Part shown: positions 1 to 9,514 of the stretch, piece by piece
Position numbering within the stretch: position 1 is the stretch's first letter
How the letters are laid out: each line of letters opens with the position of its first letter
The notes under the pieces: generated by a model
Told to the model about the DNA's origin: nothing
What the model saw: only the letters and a program-made list of their open reading frames with translations
Databases searched by the model: none
Source of the DNA: Clostridia bacterium
GTDB lineage: Bacteria; Bacillota; Clostridia; Oscillospirales; CAG-272
DNA: 64,000 nt
Reading direction: 5' to 3'
NCBI GenBank assembly: GCA_017503105.1
Contig: JAFVTS010000008.1
Location: 69,453 to 133,452 of the forward strand
Made by a program: the position numbers and the translations under genes

Positions 1-73
1 TTAACAGAATAGTCGGTCTTAAGGACAGTTTTCCCAAAAACGCGAAATAAATAAAGGCAGAAGGGAAGTTTTC

Positions 74-856
74 TTGCAAAAAAGAAAGCTTCCCTTAATA
101 GATATAATGGACAAAAATCTCTTTCGTAAGATCCTTTTTTACATATCCGTGCCCAAGTGCGTTGCCTGCGGTGAGCGAATAGATCTCGACGACGACGCGC
201 TTTGCAAATCGTGTGCCGTCGATTATAACGAGGTAAAGCAGAGAAACTGCTCAAGATGCTCTTTGCCTCTTTACGAGTGCTCGTGCTCAAACGAATTTCT
301 CGAAAATCACTACGTAAAACGCTTGATAAAAGTATACCGCTACGTCCAGCATCACGATTTTACTCCGTCCAATAACGTCATATACAGTTTAAAAAGAGAT
401 AATCGCGAGGACGTTTTAAGCTTTTTATCGTCTGAGCTTGAATGCGCCGTAAGAAAAAGCGTCATAGATCCCGAGAAATATATAATCACCAACGTGCCGA
501 GAAGGAGAGCGGCTATTAAGAAATACGGAATAGACCACTCCCGACTGCTTGCCAAGGCTTTGGCGAAAAGGCTTGGGTGTGAGTACGCTTCGTATCTTAA
601 ATCAAAATCAAAGCTTCCGCAGAAGAAAACGTTTGCCGAGATGAGAATAAGCAACGCGGAATTTGACATCGTGAACGTCGATCTTAGAGGAAAGAGAATA
701 ATAATCGTAGACGATATAACGACGACGGGCGCATCTCTCGGTTCCTGCGCGGCTCTCTTACGCGCGTCGGGTGCAAAAGAAATAATCGGCGCTGTCATCG
801 CCGTTGCTTACAAGGACAAATACGAGCCATTCGCGTACGTTCCGCCTATAAAATAA
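74..856 (+). CDS. comFC: ComF-family phosphoribosyltransferase (ComFC-like)
   Basis: N-terminal Cys pairs (CVACG..CKSC, CSRCS) plus PRTase motif IIIVDDITTTGAS. TTG start preceded by GAAGGGAAG. Confidence 0.7.
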   Translation: MQKRKLPLIDIMDKNLFRKILFYISVPKCVACGERIDLDDDALCKSCAVDYNEVKQRNCSRCSLPLYECSCSNEFLENHYVKRLIKVYRYVQHHDFTPSNNVIYSLKRDNREDVLSFLSSELECAVRKSVIDPEKYIITNVPRRRAAIKKYGIDHSRLLAKALAKRLGCEYASYLKSKSKLPQKKTFAEMRISNAEFDIVNVDLRGKRIIIVDDITTTGASLGSCAALLRASGAKEIIGAVIAVAYKDKYEPFAYVPPIK

Positions 857-932
857 TTACAATTTGAACCGTATGAGCATTTTTTTCAATAAAAGTGCTG
901 CACTTGACAGTATAATTTACCGTATGTAAAAT

Positions 933-964
933 AAAAAAACCGTCTTAAAAAAGACGGTTTTTTT
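933..964. terminator. Bidirectional intrinsic terminator between comF and rplA
   Basis: 7-bp stem CCGTCTT/AAGACGG with AAAA loop, flanked by an A7 run and a T7 run. Confidence 0.7.
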
Positions 965-983
965 ACTTGCAAATTTTCTTAAA

Positions 984-1679
984 TTAAGAAAGCTTGGAAT
1001 AGTTGATCTTTATACCGGGGCCCATAGTAGTAGCAACTACGCAGCTCTTGATGTACTGACCCTTAGCAGCAGCGGGCTTAGCCTTGATAACAGCGCCTAC
1101 GAGAGTGTTGAAGTTCTCGGTGAGCTTTTCGGTTCCGAAGGATGCCTTACCGATGGGGCAGTGGATAATGTTGGTCTTGTCAAGACGGTATTCGATCTTA
1201 CCTGCTTTTGCTTCCTGAACAGCGCGAGCAACGTCGGGAGTAACGGTACCTGCCTTGGGGTTAGGCATAAGTCCCTTAGGACCGAGAACCTTACCAAGAC
1301 GTCCGATAACGCCCATCATATCGGGAGAAGCGATTACAACGTCGAACTCGAACCAGTTTTCCTGAGTGATCTTCTGAACGTATTCCTCAGCACCTGCGTA
1401 ATCAGCGCCTGCAGCGAGAGCCGCATCAACCTTATCGCCCTTGCAGAAAACAAGAGTTCTAACGGTCTTACCGGTACCGTTGGGGAGGACGATCGCGCCT
1501 CTGACCTGCTGGTCTGCGTGACGGGAGTCAACGCCCAAACGGATGTGAACCTCTACGGTTTCATCAAACTTAGCCTTTGCGGTCTGGCAGAGAAGCGCGA
1601 GAGCCTCGTCTGCGTCGTAAAGCTTGGTCTTGTCGATAAGCTCGACACTTGCCTTATATTTCTTACCCATTTTTGCCAT
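984..1679 (-). CDS. rplA: 50S ribosomal protein L1
   Basis: 231 aa starting [22 protein letters not shown]..., typical of L1. Lies directly downstream of rplK. Confidence 0.95.
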   Translation of the reverse strand: MAKMGKKYKASVELIDKTKLYDADEALALLCQTAKAKFDETVEVHIRLGVDSRHADQQVRGAIVLPNGTGKTVRTLVFCKGDKVDAALAAGADYAGAEEYVQKITQENWFEFDVVIASPDMMGVIGRLGKVLGPKGLMPNPKAGTVTPDVARAVQEAKAGKIEYRLDKTNIIHCPIGKASFGTEKLTENFNTLVGAVIKAKPAAAKGQYIKSCVVATTMGPGIKINYSKLS

Positions 1680-1696
1680 TATTCCTTACCTCCTAA

Positions 1697-2122
1697 TCAC
1701 TCTTCAACAGTAACGCCCATAGAGCGTGCGGTGCCTGCAACCATACTCATAGCTGCTTCAACGGAAGCTGCGTTGAGGTCGGGCATCTTTGTTTCTGCAA
1801 TCTTGCGAAGCTGTTCCTTGGTGAGCTTTGCAACCTTGGTCTTGTTGGGAGTTGCGGAAGCAGTCTCGATACCGCAAGCCTTCTTAATAAGAACTGCTGC
1901 GGGGGGAGTCTTCGTGATAAAGGTGAAGGAACGGTCTGCGTAAACGGTGATGATAACGGGGATGATAAGACCGATATCGTTCTTGGTTCTTTCGTTGAAT
2001 TCCTTAGTAAAGTTAGGAATGGAAACACCGTACTGACCGAGTGCGGGACCTACAGGGGGCTGGGGAGTAGCCTTGCCGGCAGGAAGCTGCAATTTAATGT
2101 AACCGGAAATTTTCTTTGCCAT
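1697..2122 (-). CDS. rplK: 50S ribosomal protein L11
   Basis: 141 aa starting [30 protein letters not shown], the canonical L11 N-terminus. Confidence 0.95.
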   Translation of the reverse strand: MAKKISGYIKLQLPAGKATPQPPVGPALGQYGVSIPNFTKEFNERTKNDIGLIIPVIITVYADRSFTFITKTPPAAVLIKKACGIETASATPNKTKVAKLTKEQLRKIAETKMPDLNAASVEAAMSMVAGTARSMGVTVEE

Positions 2123-2223
2123 TGTTATAAACCTCCATATGTGGTGTTCAAACGGGAGAATTTAAAAGAATTTTTCTCCCTCCCACTGATTTCGACCTCC
2201 GATGTACGGAGATACTGCGGATC

Positions 2224-2766
2224 TTACTCCGCCGCGCGAACGTCTTTGATATCAACGAGAATCGGAATATCGCGCTTTTCCTTGGAAGCAAGTATCATAA
2301 CCTGCTTGGTTTCCTCGTTAATGCTTTGAAGCTTTCCTTTGAATCCTTGGAATACGCCGGAAATAACTTCTATCATATCGCCAATAGCGAACTTCGGACC
2401 CTCCGTGCGGACTTCTACGTTGAACATATCAACCTCGTCCTCGGTAAGCGGGGTAGGCTCTGACCCCGGACCAACGAAGCCTGTAACGCCCGTAATATTT
2501 CTGACTACGTGCCAGCTTTCATCAGTCATCGTCATTTTAACAAGAACATAGCCGGGCATAAGCTTGTTTTCAACAATCTTTTCCTCGCCCTTGTCGTTGA
2601 CCGTGACAACGGTCTCCGTGGGAATGTGAACATCGTAAATAAGATGTCCGAGTCCGCGGTTTTCAACGATCTTTTCTATGCTTGCCTTTACTTTGTTTTC
2701 ATAGCCCGTATAAGTATGAGCAACGTACCATCTGGGACCAAGATTTTTCTCGTTAAGATTACTCAT
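2224..2766 (-). CDS. nusG: Transcription termination/antitermination factor NusG
   Basis: 180 aa with an NGN region (WYVAHTYTGYENKV) and a KOW-like C-terminus. Conserved secE-nusG-rplK synteny. Confidence 0.9.
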   Translation of the reverse strand: MSNLNEKNLGPRWYVAHTYTGYENKVKASIEKIVENRGLGHLIYDVHIPTETVVTVNDKGEEKIVENKLMPGYVLVKMTMTDESWHVVRNITGVTGFVGPGSEPTPLTEDEVDMFNVEVRTEGPKFAIGDMIEVISGVFQGFKGKLQSINEETKQVMILASKEKRDIPILVDIKDVRAAE

Positions 2767-2778
2767 TTTATACGCCTC

Positions 2779-3018
2779 TTAATATCCGATAAGACCTGCT
2801 ATGGAAATGAGTATCTTCGAGGAGCACAAGTCGAAGACGGCGATCACAGCTCCGATGATAACAACGGTAGCCAGAACGAGTCTTGTATTCTTGGCAAGCT
2901 CCGATTTCGGAGTCCAAGAAACCTTCTTCATCTCTCCGACGACGTCCTTGAAGAACTTAGCGCATCTTTTGCAAATGCGAACTATAAAATTCGGTTTCTT
3001 CTCGTTTTTATCTGCCAT
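2779..3018 (-). CDS. secE: Preprotein translocase subunit SecE
   Basis: 79 aa with a single C-terminal TM helix and the motif EMKKVSWP-like (EMKKVSWTPKSEL). Position upstream of nusG. Confidence 0.8.
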   Translation of the reverse strand: MADKNEKKPNFIVRICKRCAKFFKDVVGEMKKVSWTPKSELAKNTRLVLATVVIIGAVIAVFDLCSSKILISIAGLIGY

Positions 3019-3039
3019 TTCAAAAAATCCTCTCTTTAA

Positions 3040-3189
3040 TTACTTGGTTTCTTTGTGCAAAGTATGCTTGCGGCAGAAACGGCAGTACTTTTTCATTTCA
3101 AGTCTGTCCGGATCATTCTTCTTATTTTTCTTTGTGTCATAATTCCTTTGCTTGCAATCGGTACAAGCGAGTGTAATTTTGACTCTCAT
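3040..3189 (-). CDS. rpmG: 50S ribosomal protein L33
   Basis: Below the ORF-track size cut-off; hand translation gives [49 protein letters not shown] (49 aa, two CxxC pairs). RBS AGGAGG upstream. Confidence 0.85.
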   Translation of the reverse strand: MRVKITLACTDCKQRNYDTKKNKKNDPDRLEMKKYCRFCRKHTLHKETK

Positions 3190-3309
3190 TTATCGGCACC
3201 TCCTAATAGAAATTCAGGGTATGACCCCGTTAATACCTCCCTCCGAAAAGGGGCGCGTGCCTGTCCCAGAAAAAAGCACACAAAAAAAGCCCTCAGCAGA
3301 GGTACAACA

Positions 3310-3338
3310 ATTATATCACACTTTTTTTCGTTTGTCAA
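3310..3338 (-). promoter_or_regulatory. Sigma-A-type promoter for the rpmG-secE-nusG operon
   Basis: Minus strand reads TTGACA, 17 nt, TATAAT. It is followed by a ~115-nt leader before rpmG. Confidence 0.5.
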
Positions 3339-3391
3339 TATGTTTTTAAAAATATTTTTATATTTATTATAATAAATGTAAGGAATAGTTG

Positions 3392-3420
3392 TTGACTTCG
3401 AAAATCCGCTATGCTATAAT
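3392..3420 (+). promoter_or_regulatory. Sigma-A-type promoter for the hydroxyacid dehydrogenase gene
   Basis: TTGACT, 17 nt, TATAAT, located ~35 nt upstream of the ATG at 3454. Confidence 0.55.
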
Positions 3421-3453
3421 TGATATAAAAACGGAACTGCACGGAGATATTCG

Positions 3454-4404
3454 ATGAAGATCACTATCCTTGACAAAGCTTCGCTCGGCGACGACACGCC
3501 GCTCGACATACTGACGGAGTTTGCGCAGGTCACAGCGTACGACACAACCGCGCCCGAGCTTCTCACGGAGCGCTGCAAAGGCACAGACGTCATTATTATC
3601 AACAAAATAAAAATAACCCGCGACGTTCTGAAAGAGGCGCACGGGCTTAAGCTCATTTGCGTGTTTGCCACAGGATTCGATAACGTTGACGTAGCTGCAG
3701 CTAAGGAGTTCGGAGTAGCCGTTACGAACGTTCCCGGGTATTCGACGGACAGCGTCGCGCTCTTTACCGTCGCGACGGCGCTCTCTTTATTCACGCATCT
3801 GACGGAATACAGAAAATACGTCGCTGACGGGGAATACACAAGATCGGGCGTGCCCAACAAGCTGACCCCCGTCTACCGCGAGCTTAGCGGTAAGGTCTGG
3901 GGCATCGTGGGACTCGGCAACATCGGCTCAGCCGTTGCAAGGGCGGCAAGCGCGCTCGGTGCAAAGGTCATAGCCTGCAAGCGCACCCCCGTCAAGGAAT
4001 ACGAGTGCGTCGGGATCGACGAGCTTTGCAAAAGAAGCGACGTTATAAGCTTGCACTGTCCCTTGAACGAAGAAACGAGAGAAATAATAAATAAGGAACG
4101 CATCTCTATGATGAAAGACGGGGTAATGATAGTAAACGAGGCAAGAGGCGCCGTCGTTAACGAATCCGACGTAAGAGATGCCGTCCTCTCGGGGAAAATA
4201 GGCGGATTCGGTTGCGACGTTTACTCGGTCGAGCCCTTCGGAAGCGAGCATCCGTATAACGATATAAAAGAGCTCGACAACGTTATTCTCACGCCGCACG
4301 CGGCTTGGGGCTCTTACGAATCACGAAAAAGATGTATAGAGATCATAGCGTCAAACATTCTCGCGTTCTTCTCGGGTAAAGTGCAAAACAGGGTAGACCT
4401 TTAA
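3454..4404 (+). CDS. D-isomer-specific 2-hydroxyacid dehydrogenase (glycerate/hydroxypyruvate reductase-like)
   Basis: 316 aa with NAD fold GIVGLGNIGSAVA, a catalytic-region pattern ..EARG.. and a late TPHAAW motif. Confidence 0.85.
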   Translation: MKITILDKASLGDDTPLDILTEFAQVTAYDTTAPELLTERCKGTDVIIINKIKITRDVLKEAHGLKLICVFATGFDNVDVAAAKEFGVAVTNVPGYSTDSVALFTVATALSLFTHLTEYRKYVADGEYTRSGVPNKLTPVYRELSGKVWGIVGLGNIGSAVARAASALGAKVIACKRTPVKEYECVGIDELCKRSDVISLHCPLNEETREIINKERISMMKDGVMIVNEARGAVVNESDVRDAVLSGKIGGFGCDVYSVEPFGSEHPYNDIKELDNVILTPHAAWGSYESRKRCIEIIASNILAFFSGKVQNRVDL

Positions 4405-4407
4405 AGA

Positions 4408-5577
4408 TCATTCTCTGTCGACCGTTATTACGCAATAAAGATTCGGGTCTTTCTTCTTTACCTCCGAAGATATCGCGTCAACGATTTTATTCGGCTGTTC
4501 TTTTTCATCAAAGGGAACTACTATATCAAATATCATATTGGTGTGCGTTTGACCCGTTACAACGCGAAAATCGTGTATGCTGACGTTTGGATAGATGCAG
4601 GATATTGCCTCTTCCGCTATACCTTTGAGCTTTGCTACGGTTTCGTCGTTCGTGTCGATGGGGTCCATATGAATGCTGCATAATATCGAGAGCTCGTCGA
4701 AGATGCGCTTTTCAACAAGGTCAACGGTATCGTGAAGTTTAAAAATATCGTCGCTTCCGTCGACCTCCGCGTGGAATGACGCGATATAGTGACCGGGGCC
4801 GTAATTGTGCACTATCATATCGTGGATACCTATGATTTCGGGGTATTCTGCCGCGATTTTTCTTATGTTTTCCACGATTTCTCCCGAAGGGCTTTCTCCG
4901 AGTATAGAATTTTTCGTTTCTATGAGTATCTTTATTCCCGCGATTATAATTATTATGCTTACGGCAATTCCCATTATCGAATCAAGAAACGCAAAGCCCG
5001 TCAGAAGCATAATCACCGCAGATACTAAAACCGCAGAGGTGGACACGGCGTCGGCAAGCGCGTCGGTTCCCGCGGCTTTTATGGTAGCTGAGCCTATACG
5101 CCCCGATATCTTTTTGCAAAATACCGCGAACCAGAGCTTAGCGAGAACGGAAATCATCAGAACGGAAAAACCGACCGTTCCAAGCTCTCCGCCTCCCGTA
5201 TCACCCGAAAACAGCGATGAGACGGAATCCATCAGCAATTCCGTTCCCACGAGCAGGATCAAAAACGATACTATCATAGACGCGACGTATTCTATTCTCG
5301 CGTGACCGAACGGGTGATCCTTATCGGCGGGCTTAACGGAAAGCTTGAAGCTTATCAGGCTGATAATTGACGCGCCTGCGTCGGCAAGGTTGTTAACTCC
5401 GTCCGCCGTTACCGATATAGTTGAGCTCAACAGTCCGATAACAAGCTTTAGCGCCGATATCAGGATGTTCAGGATTATTCCCACGATGCTCGCAAAGCTG
5501 CCGTATCTTGCTCTGACGCGGGGATCGGAAAGATTTTTACGGTCTTTTACAAAAAGCTTGATCAAAAGCTCTGTCAT
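4408..5577 (-). CDS. Cation diffusion facilitator family transporter
   Basis: 389 aa with six predicted TM segments, DxxxD/H-type motifs (ADGVNNLADA, HPFGHARIEY) and a C-terminal cytoplasmic domain. Confidence 0.85.
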   Translation of the reverse strand: MTELLIKLFVKDRKNLSDPRVRARYGSFASIVGIILNILISALKLVIGLLSSTISVTADGVNNLADAGASIISLISFKLSVKPADKDHPFGHARIEYVASMIVSFLILLVGTELLMDSVSSLFSGDTGGGELGTVGFSVLMISVLAKLWFAVFCKKISGRIGSATIKAAGTDALADAVSTSAVLVSAVIMLLTGFAFLDSIMGIAVSIIIIIAGIKILIETKNSILGESPSGEIVENIRKIAAEYPEIIGIHDMIVHNYGPGHYIASFHAEVDGSDDIFKLHDTVDLVEKRIFDELSILCSIHMDPIDTNDETVAKLKGIAEEAISCIYPNVSIHDFRVVTGQTHTNMIFDIVVPFDEKEQPNKIVDAISSEVKKKDPNLYCVITVDRE

Positions 5578-5656
5578 TTTTTACTCCTTTTAATGCAGTT
5601 GTATTTACTTTTCGGAAAAATAGTGTTATAATAATATAAATTAGATTTATCATACG

Positions 5657-5998
5657 GTGAATTATATGAGATTGTGTAGCGAAATAATTGAATACGAAAA
5701 ACTGAAGGACATAAACACCGAGGTCCTTTTCAAGGTCGCGAGCGCGCGTGCGGCGGGTATAAGCGTCGTACGCTTCGATATAAAGAGCGAAGACCGTCAA
5801 AGGGCGGGGCGGATCTGCGGTTTTCTCTCAAGGGTCTTACGCAGTATGAAAAAAAGAGGCGCCATACAGTTCTTCGTCACGAAGGACGGTCTTGCACGCT
5901 CCACGACGGAGGCACAGTACATTTTAAACGTCTTTCCCGAGGTTGCCGCATCCATCCCTACTGATGACGGATGCGAATTCATTTTCGTACGCATTTAA
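5657..5998 (+). CDS. Hypothetical protein
   Basis: 113-aa ORF in a gap between annotated genes. No motif recognised and the start is uncertain (GTG 5657 or ATG 5666). Confidence 0.4.
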   Translation: MNYMRLCSEIIEYEKLKDINTEVLFKVASARAAGISVVRFDIKSEDRQRAGRICGFLSRVLRSMKKRGAIQFFVTKDGLARSTTEAQYILNVFPEVAASIPTDDGCEFIFVRI

Positions 5999-6062
5999 GA
6001 TTTTACGTTCAATAAATATAAAGGGTTACTGTAAAAAGCAACCCTTTAATTATTTTATAAAA

Positions 6063-6290
6063 TTAACCGACCTTCTTTTCAAGATAAGCAACGATATCGC
6101 CAACGGTAGTGAAGCCGCCAAGATCATCGTCACTGATCTCAATGTTAAACTTCTCCTCGCAGGAATAAACAAAATCCGCAAGATCGAGAGAATTGATTCC
6201 AAGGTCTGCGATAAGCTCAGCATCCGGAGTTACGGAATCCGCATTTACGTGAAGCTCTTCGACGAGAACCTTCTTAACATTCTCGAACAT
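6063..6290 (-). CDS. acpP: Acyl carrier protein
   Basis: 75 aa, acidic, with the phosphopantetheine-attachment motif DLGINSLD. Confidence 0.85.
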   Translation of the reverse strand: MFENVKKVLVEELHVNADSVTPDAELIADLGINSLDLADFVYSCEEKFNIEISDDDLGGFTTVGDIVAYLEKKVG

Positions 6291-6555
6291 AAAAAAATCC
6301 TCCTTAAAAATAACGCTTGACTGAAATCAAGTACTATTAAATAATACAATAATGTTTATCGTTTGTCAATAGTTTTTTCGAAAATAACCCCGATTTGGTA
6401 AAATTTTGCTTGAATTTTGTGTTTTTTTGGAGAAATAACTATCAAATTACCTATAGTTTTTTCAAACGTATCACTATATTATTATTGACTTTTTTGCGTA
6501 ATTATGCTATACTGAATCTGTAAGAGAATAAATTATTAAAAAGGAGGACAATACT

Positions 6556-6981
6556 GTGTACAGTTGGATCTGGATAGCGATAATAGTCCTTGCTATCGTC
6601 GTGGAGGTTCTCACCGATCAGCTCGTCGCTGTTTGGTTTATCCCCGGTGCCGTCGTAGGCGTAATACTCGATTTTCTCGGGAAAGACGTCTTGTGGCAGA
6701 TTATCATCTTTCTTATCGCAACGGGCATAGGCCTTGTAATATGGAGAACGTTCATTTACGGAAAGCTGAAAAGCGCACCGACGAAAACGAACATTGACGC
6801 TATTATCGGCGAGCGCTGCGTAGTGACCGAAAGAATCGATAACTTCGCAGGTTGCGGTCAGGCAAAGGTCAAAGGACAAATATGGTCCGCGCGCGGAGTA
6901 GGTGAGGATGACGTTTTCGAGGTCGGAGAGGCGTTGCACGTCGTTGCCATCGAGGGCGTAAAGCTTATTTGTAAAAAATAA
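6556..6981 (+). CDS. NfeD-family membrane protein
   Basis: 141 aa with N-terminal TM helices and a C-terminal OB-like domain. GTG start after AAAGGAGG. Paired with the downstream SPFH gene. Confidence 0.75.
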   Translation: MYSWIWIAIIVLAIVVEVLTDQLVAVWFIPGAVVGVILDFLGKDVLWQIIIFLIATGIGLVIWRTFIYGKLKSAPTKTNIDAIIGERCVVTERIDNFAGCGQAKVKGQIWSARGVGEDDVFEVGEALHVVAIEGVKLICKK

Positions 6982-7006
6982 TTCAAAAAAGGAGAACTGA
7001 TTTATT

Positions 7007-7933
7007 ATGTACGTACCGCTTTTAATCGTCGCAGCTATATTACTTATTATAATTATAGTAATTATCGCGAATATCAGAATAGTTTCCCAGGCAACGGCAC
7101 AGGTCGTTGAGCGCCTCGGCAGCTATAGGACGACCTGGAACACGGGTCTTCACTTCAAGATTCCGTTTGTTGAAAGCATCGCAAAGAAGATCAATCTTAT
7201 GGAGCAGGTGGTCGATTTCCCGCCGCAGCCCGTTATAACGAAGGATAACGTCAGAATGCAGATAGACACCGTCGTTTTCTTCCAGATAACCGATTGCAAG
7301 CTTTACACCTACGGTGTGGCAAATCCGCTTATGGCGATCGAAAATCTCACCGCTACGACGCTTCGTAATATCATAGGCGAGCTCGACCTCGACCAAACGC
7401 TTACCTCGCGCGATATAATCAACACGAAAATGCGCGCAATTCTCGACGAGGCAACGGATCCTTGGGGCATTAAGGTGAACAGAGTTGAACTCAAAAACAT
7501 CATTCCTCCACGCGAAATACAAGACGCGATGGAAAAGCAGATGAAGGCAGAACGCGAGCGCCGCGAGCTCATTCTTAAGGCAGAGGGCGAAAAGAATTCC
7601 ACCATTCTCGTCGCGGAAGGTCAGAAGCAGAAAATGATACTCGCCGCAGAAGCGGAAAAGGAAGCGGCAATTCTCAAGGCAGAGGCTATCAAGGAAGCAA
7701 AGATACGCGAGGCGGAGGGTGAATCCGAAGCCATTCTCAAAATTCAAGAAGCTACCGCTCAGGGTATAAAAATGATAAACGAAGCTGCTCCCTCGGACGC
7801 GGTCATTAAGATCAAAAGCCTTGAAGCGTTTGAAAAAGCGGCTGACGGTCAAGCGACTAAGATCATTATTCCGTCCGACATTCAAAAATTCGCAGGTCTT
7901 ACGAGCGCACTCACCGAAACCGTAAAAAACTAA
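7007..7933 (+). CDS. SPFH/band-7 (stomatin/prohibitin-like) protein
   Basis: 308 aa with an N-terminal TM, an SPFH core (VVERLGSY...LHFKIPF) and an Ala/Glu-rich coiled coil. Confidence 0.85.
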   Translation: MYVPLLIVAAILLIIIIVIIANIRIVSQATAQVVERLGSYRTTWNTGLHFKIPFVESIAKKINLMEQVVDFPPQPVITKDNVRMQIDTVVFFQITDCKLYTYGVANPLMAIENLTATTLRNIIGELDLDQTLTSRDIINTKMRAILDEATDPWGIKVNRVELKNIIPPREIQDAMEKQMKAERERRELILKAEGEKNSTILVAEGQKQKMILAAEAEKEAAILKAEAIKEAKIREAEGESEAILKIQEATAQGIKMINEAAPSDAVIKIKSLEAFEKAADGQATKIIIPSDIQKFAGLTSALTETVKN

Positions 7934-7941
7934 CCGATCAA

Positions 7942-7975
7942 AATACGGAAGCGTAAAAGCTTCCGTATTTTTTTA
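7942..7975 (+). terminator. Intrinsic terminator after the SPFH gene
   Basis: Stem AATACGGAAGC/GCTTCCGTATT followed by a T run. Confidence 0.75.
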
Positions 7976-8003
7976 GCCGCTTGACGAAAAGAAGCTTTTT
8001 AGA

Positions 8004-8028
8004 AAAACTTTTTTAAAAAAGTTGAAAA
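8004..8028. repeat. Left copy of the 25-bp flanking direct repeat (att/target duplication)
   Basis: AAAACTTTTTTAAAAAAGTTGAAAA, identical to 53111-53135. Contains the 18-bp perfect palindrome AACTTTTTTAAAAAAGTT. Confidence 0.8.
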
Positions 8029-8051
8029 GTCAAGGGGTTTGTGCAAAAAAG
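8029..8051. repeat. Left sub-terminal inverted repeat of the prophage
   Basis: GTCAAGGGGTTTGTGCAAAAAAG aligns with the reverse complement of 53086-53108 at positions 1-3, 10, 12-19 and 21 (GTC ... T.TGTGCAAA). Confidence 0.5.
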
Positions 8052-8110
8052 TGTGAAAAAATGCAAAAAAATTTTTCAAAAGGCGCAAAAAGCCCGTTTT
8101 CAGACCATTT

Positions 8111-9154
8111 TTAGGCTGTTTGCAGGCTGTTTAGGTGGGCTTCAAACAGATCGGCGGAAGAGTACCAGTCGAAAATTCCTCGTGGATAATGGTTAATCCA
8201 GTTCTGTAATTTCCGAATATCAGCAGGGGTTACCTTGTCAAAATTGCATCCTTTCGGGTAGTGGCGGCGGACTAATTTATTCTGATTCTCATTCGATCCG
8301 CGTTCCCACGAAGAATAAGGATGGCAGTAATAGGTCTTTGTGCGCACCCTTTTTCCTGATTTGCTGGTTTCAATGCCGAGGACATCCGCAAACTCCGAGC
8401 CGTTGTCAACGGTAATGGTCTTAAAGAGTATGCGGAAAAGAGCCGAGCCGTATTCCTTCTCGATGCTGTTCATAGCCTTAACCACGCTGTCGGCGGTCTT
8501 GTCTTTCATTTTTCGTATTATTTCAAAACGCGTAAGGCGCTCTGTCAGAACAAGCAGAGTGCCTTTTGTGCCTTTTGCTCCCTCCACGCAGTCCATCTCC
8601 CAATGACCGAATGAAACGCGCGCATTGATTTCCTCTGGGCGCTTTTCGATGCTCGTGCCGCGCTGGGGCTTGGCGGCTCTGACTTTTCTGTGCTTATGTT
8701 CTTTTTTGTTTCTCTTTACAGGTAAATCTTGATTTGTAAGAGTAAGAAATACACCTTGCTCTATGTATCTATATAGAGTTTGCTTGCATACCGTGGTCTT
8801 AAATTCTATACCCTTTGTCTTGATCTCTCCGAGGACAGCCGCAGGAGAATACTTCTCGACGCGGATCATGTACTCGATATATTCTGCGTAGGCTCTATCG
8901 TTGCCGATCTTCAAACCTGCGCCTTTCGCCCGTAGGTGATCCTGCTTTTTCTTTTCGGATATATCAGGGCTGTATCTGATCTCCGTGGTGTAATCGCTGT
9001 TCAGATGCTCATACTGACCGCGTTTGAGTTCGCGGTATATGGTCGTGAAGTGTACGCCCAGTTCCTCTGCCATTCTCTGCGGAGAGATACCCACCTTCTG
9101 CCACGCGGCGATTTTCAGTCTATCATCCCAAGTTAATGTTTTGTAATGCCTCAT
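8111..9154 (-). CDS. IS30-family DDE transposase (candidate phage integrase)
   Basis: 347 aa from the ATG after AAAAAGGAGG. N-terminal HTH (LGVHFTTIYRELKRG) and DDE triad context HWEMD / VDNGSEF / SWERGSNENQNKLVRR. Confidence 0.85.
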   Translation of the reverse strand: MRHYKTLTWDDRLKIAAWQKVGISPQRMAEELGVHFTTIYRELKRGQYEHLNSDYTTEIRYSPDISEKKKQDHLRAKGAGLKIGNDRAYAEYIEYMIRVEKYSPAAVLGEIKTKGIEFKTTVCKQTLYRYIEQGVFLTLTNQDLPVKRNKKEHKHRKVRAAKPQRGTSIEKRPEEINARVSFGHWEMDCVEGAKGTKGTLLVLTERLTRFEIIRKMKDKTADSVVKAMNSIEKEYGSALFRILFKTITVDNGSEFADVLGIETSKSGKRVRTKTYYCHPYSSWERGSNENQNKLVRRHYPKGCNFDKVTPADIRKLQNWINHYPRGIFDWYSSADLFEAHLNSLQTA

Positions 9155-9185
9155 ATCAATATCCTCCTTTTTCCGAGCGAAACAC

Positions 9186-9220
9186 AAAGAGGGCTACCCA
9201 CACCGAGTATAGCCCTCTTT
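9186..9220 (-). terminator. Hairpin/terminator between the RHH gene and the transposase gene
   Basis: Stem AAAGAGGGCTA/TAGCCCTCTTT with a 13-nt loop, immediately after the RHH stop codon on the minus strand. Confidence 0.5.
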
Positions 9221-9223
9221 CAA

Positions 9224-9415
9224 TTATTCAGCCAAAAAGTTCTCAATCGCCCTTTTTATGACCTGCGCCTGCGGCTTGCCCGTGTCGGCGCATTTTCTCT
9301 TGAAAGCCTCCGCCATTTCCTTCGGTATGGAAGCGCGGACGACCTCGTATGTCTTTTGGTTATACCGCGCCTTAACTGCCGTCGATGTCTTTGTTTTTCT
9401 CTTCTGGTTTTCCAT
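9224..9415 (-). CDS. Ribbon-helix-helix (CopG/Arc-like) DNA-binding protein
   Basis: 63 aa with a basic N-terminus, then a beta strand (YEVVRASIP) followed by two helices (EMAEAFKRKCA, PQAQVIKRAIENFL). Has its own consensus promoter. Confidence 0.6.
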   Translation of the reverse strand: MENQKRKTKTSTAVKARYNQKTYEVVRASIPKEMAEAFKRKCADTGKPQAQVIKRAIENFLAE

Positions 9416-9442
9416 AACCTTTGCCCCTTTCGGTTTTTCTTA

Positions 9443-9471
9443 ATTATAACATACTACGCCCAGTATGTCAA
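9443..9471 (-). promoter_or_regulatory. Consensus sigma-A promoter driving the RHH gene (and possibly the transposase)
   Basis: Minus strand reads TTGACA, 17 nt, TATAAT, ~25 nt upstream of the RHH RBS. Confidence 0.6.
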
Positions 9472-9514
9472 GAGGCTTTGAAGGAAAATTTTGCTGTTTT
9501 TTGCGGTTTAGTTA

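Noticed and set aside
1161-1943. 260-aa plus-strand ORF across rplA/rplK. Similar antisense ORFs occur at 7040-7885, 60011-60742 and 60988-61929.
   Set aside because: Each is antisense to a confidently identified conserved gene (L1/L11, SPFH, ThuA, Prs).
8029-9223. The IS30-family gene as an ordinary self-contained IS nested in the prophage
   Set aside because: It is not fully excluded. However, I found no convincing inverted repeats or short direct repeats bracketing just this ~1.2 kb. Instead, inverted repeats and a long duplication bracket the whole 45 kb. The alternative is kept as the refutation test for the main hypothesis.
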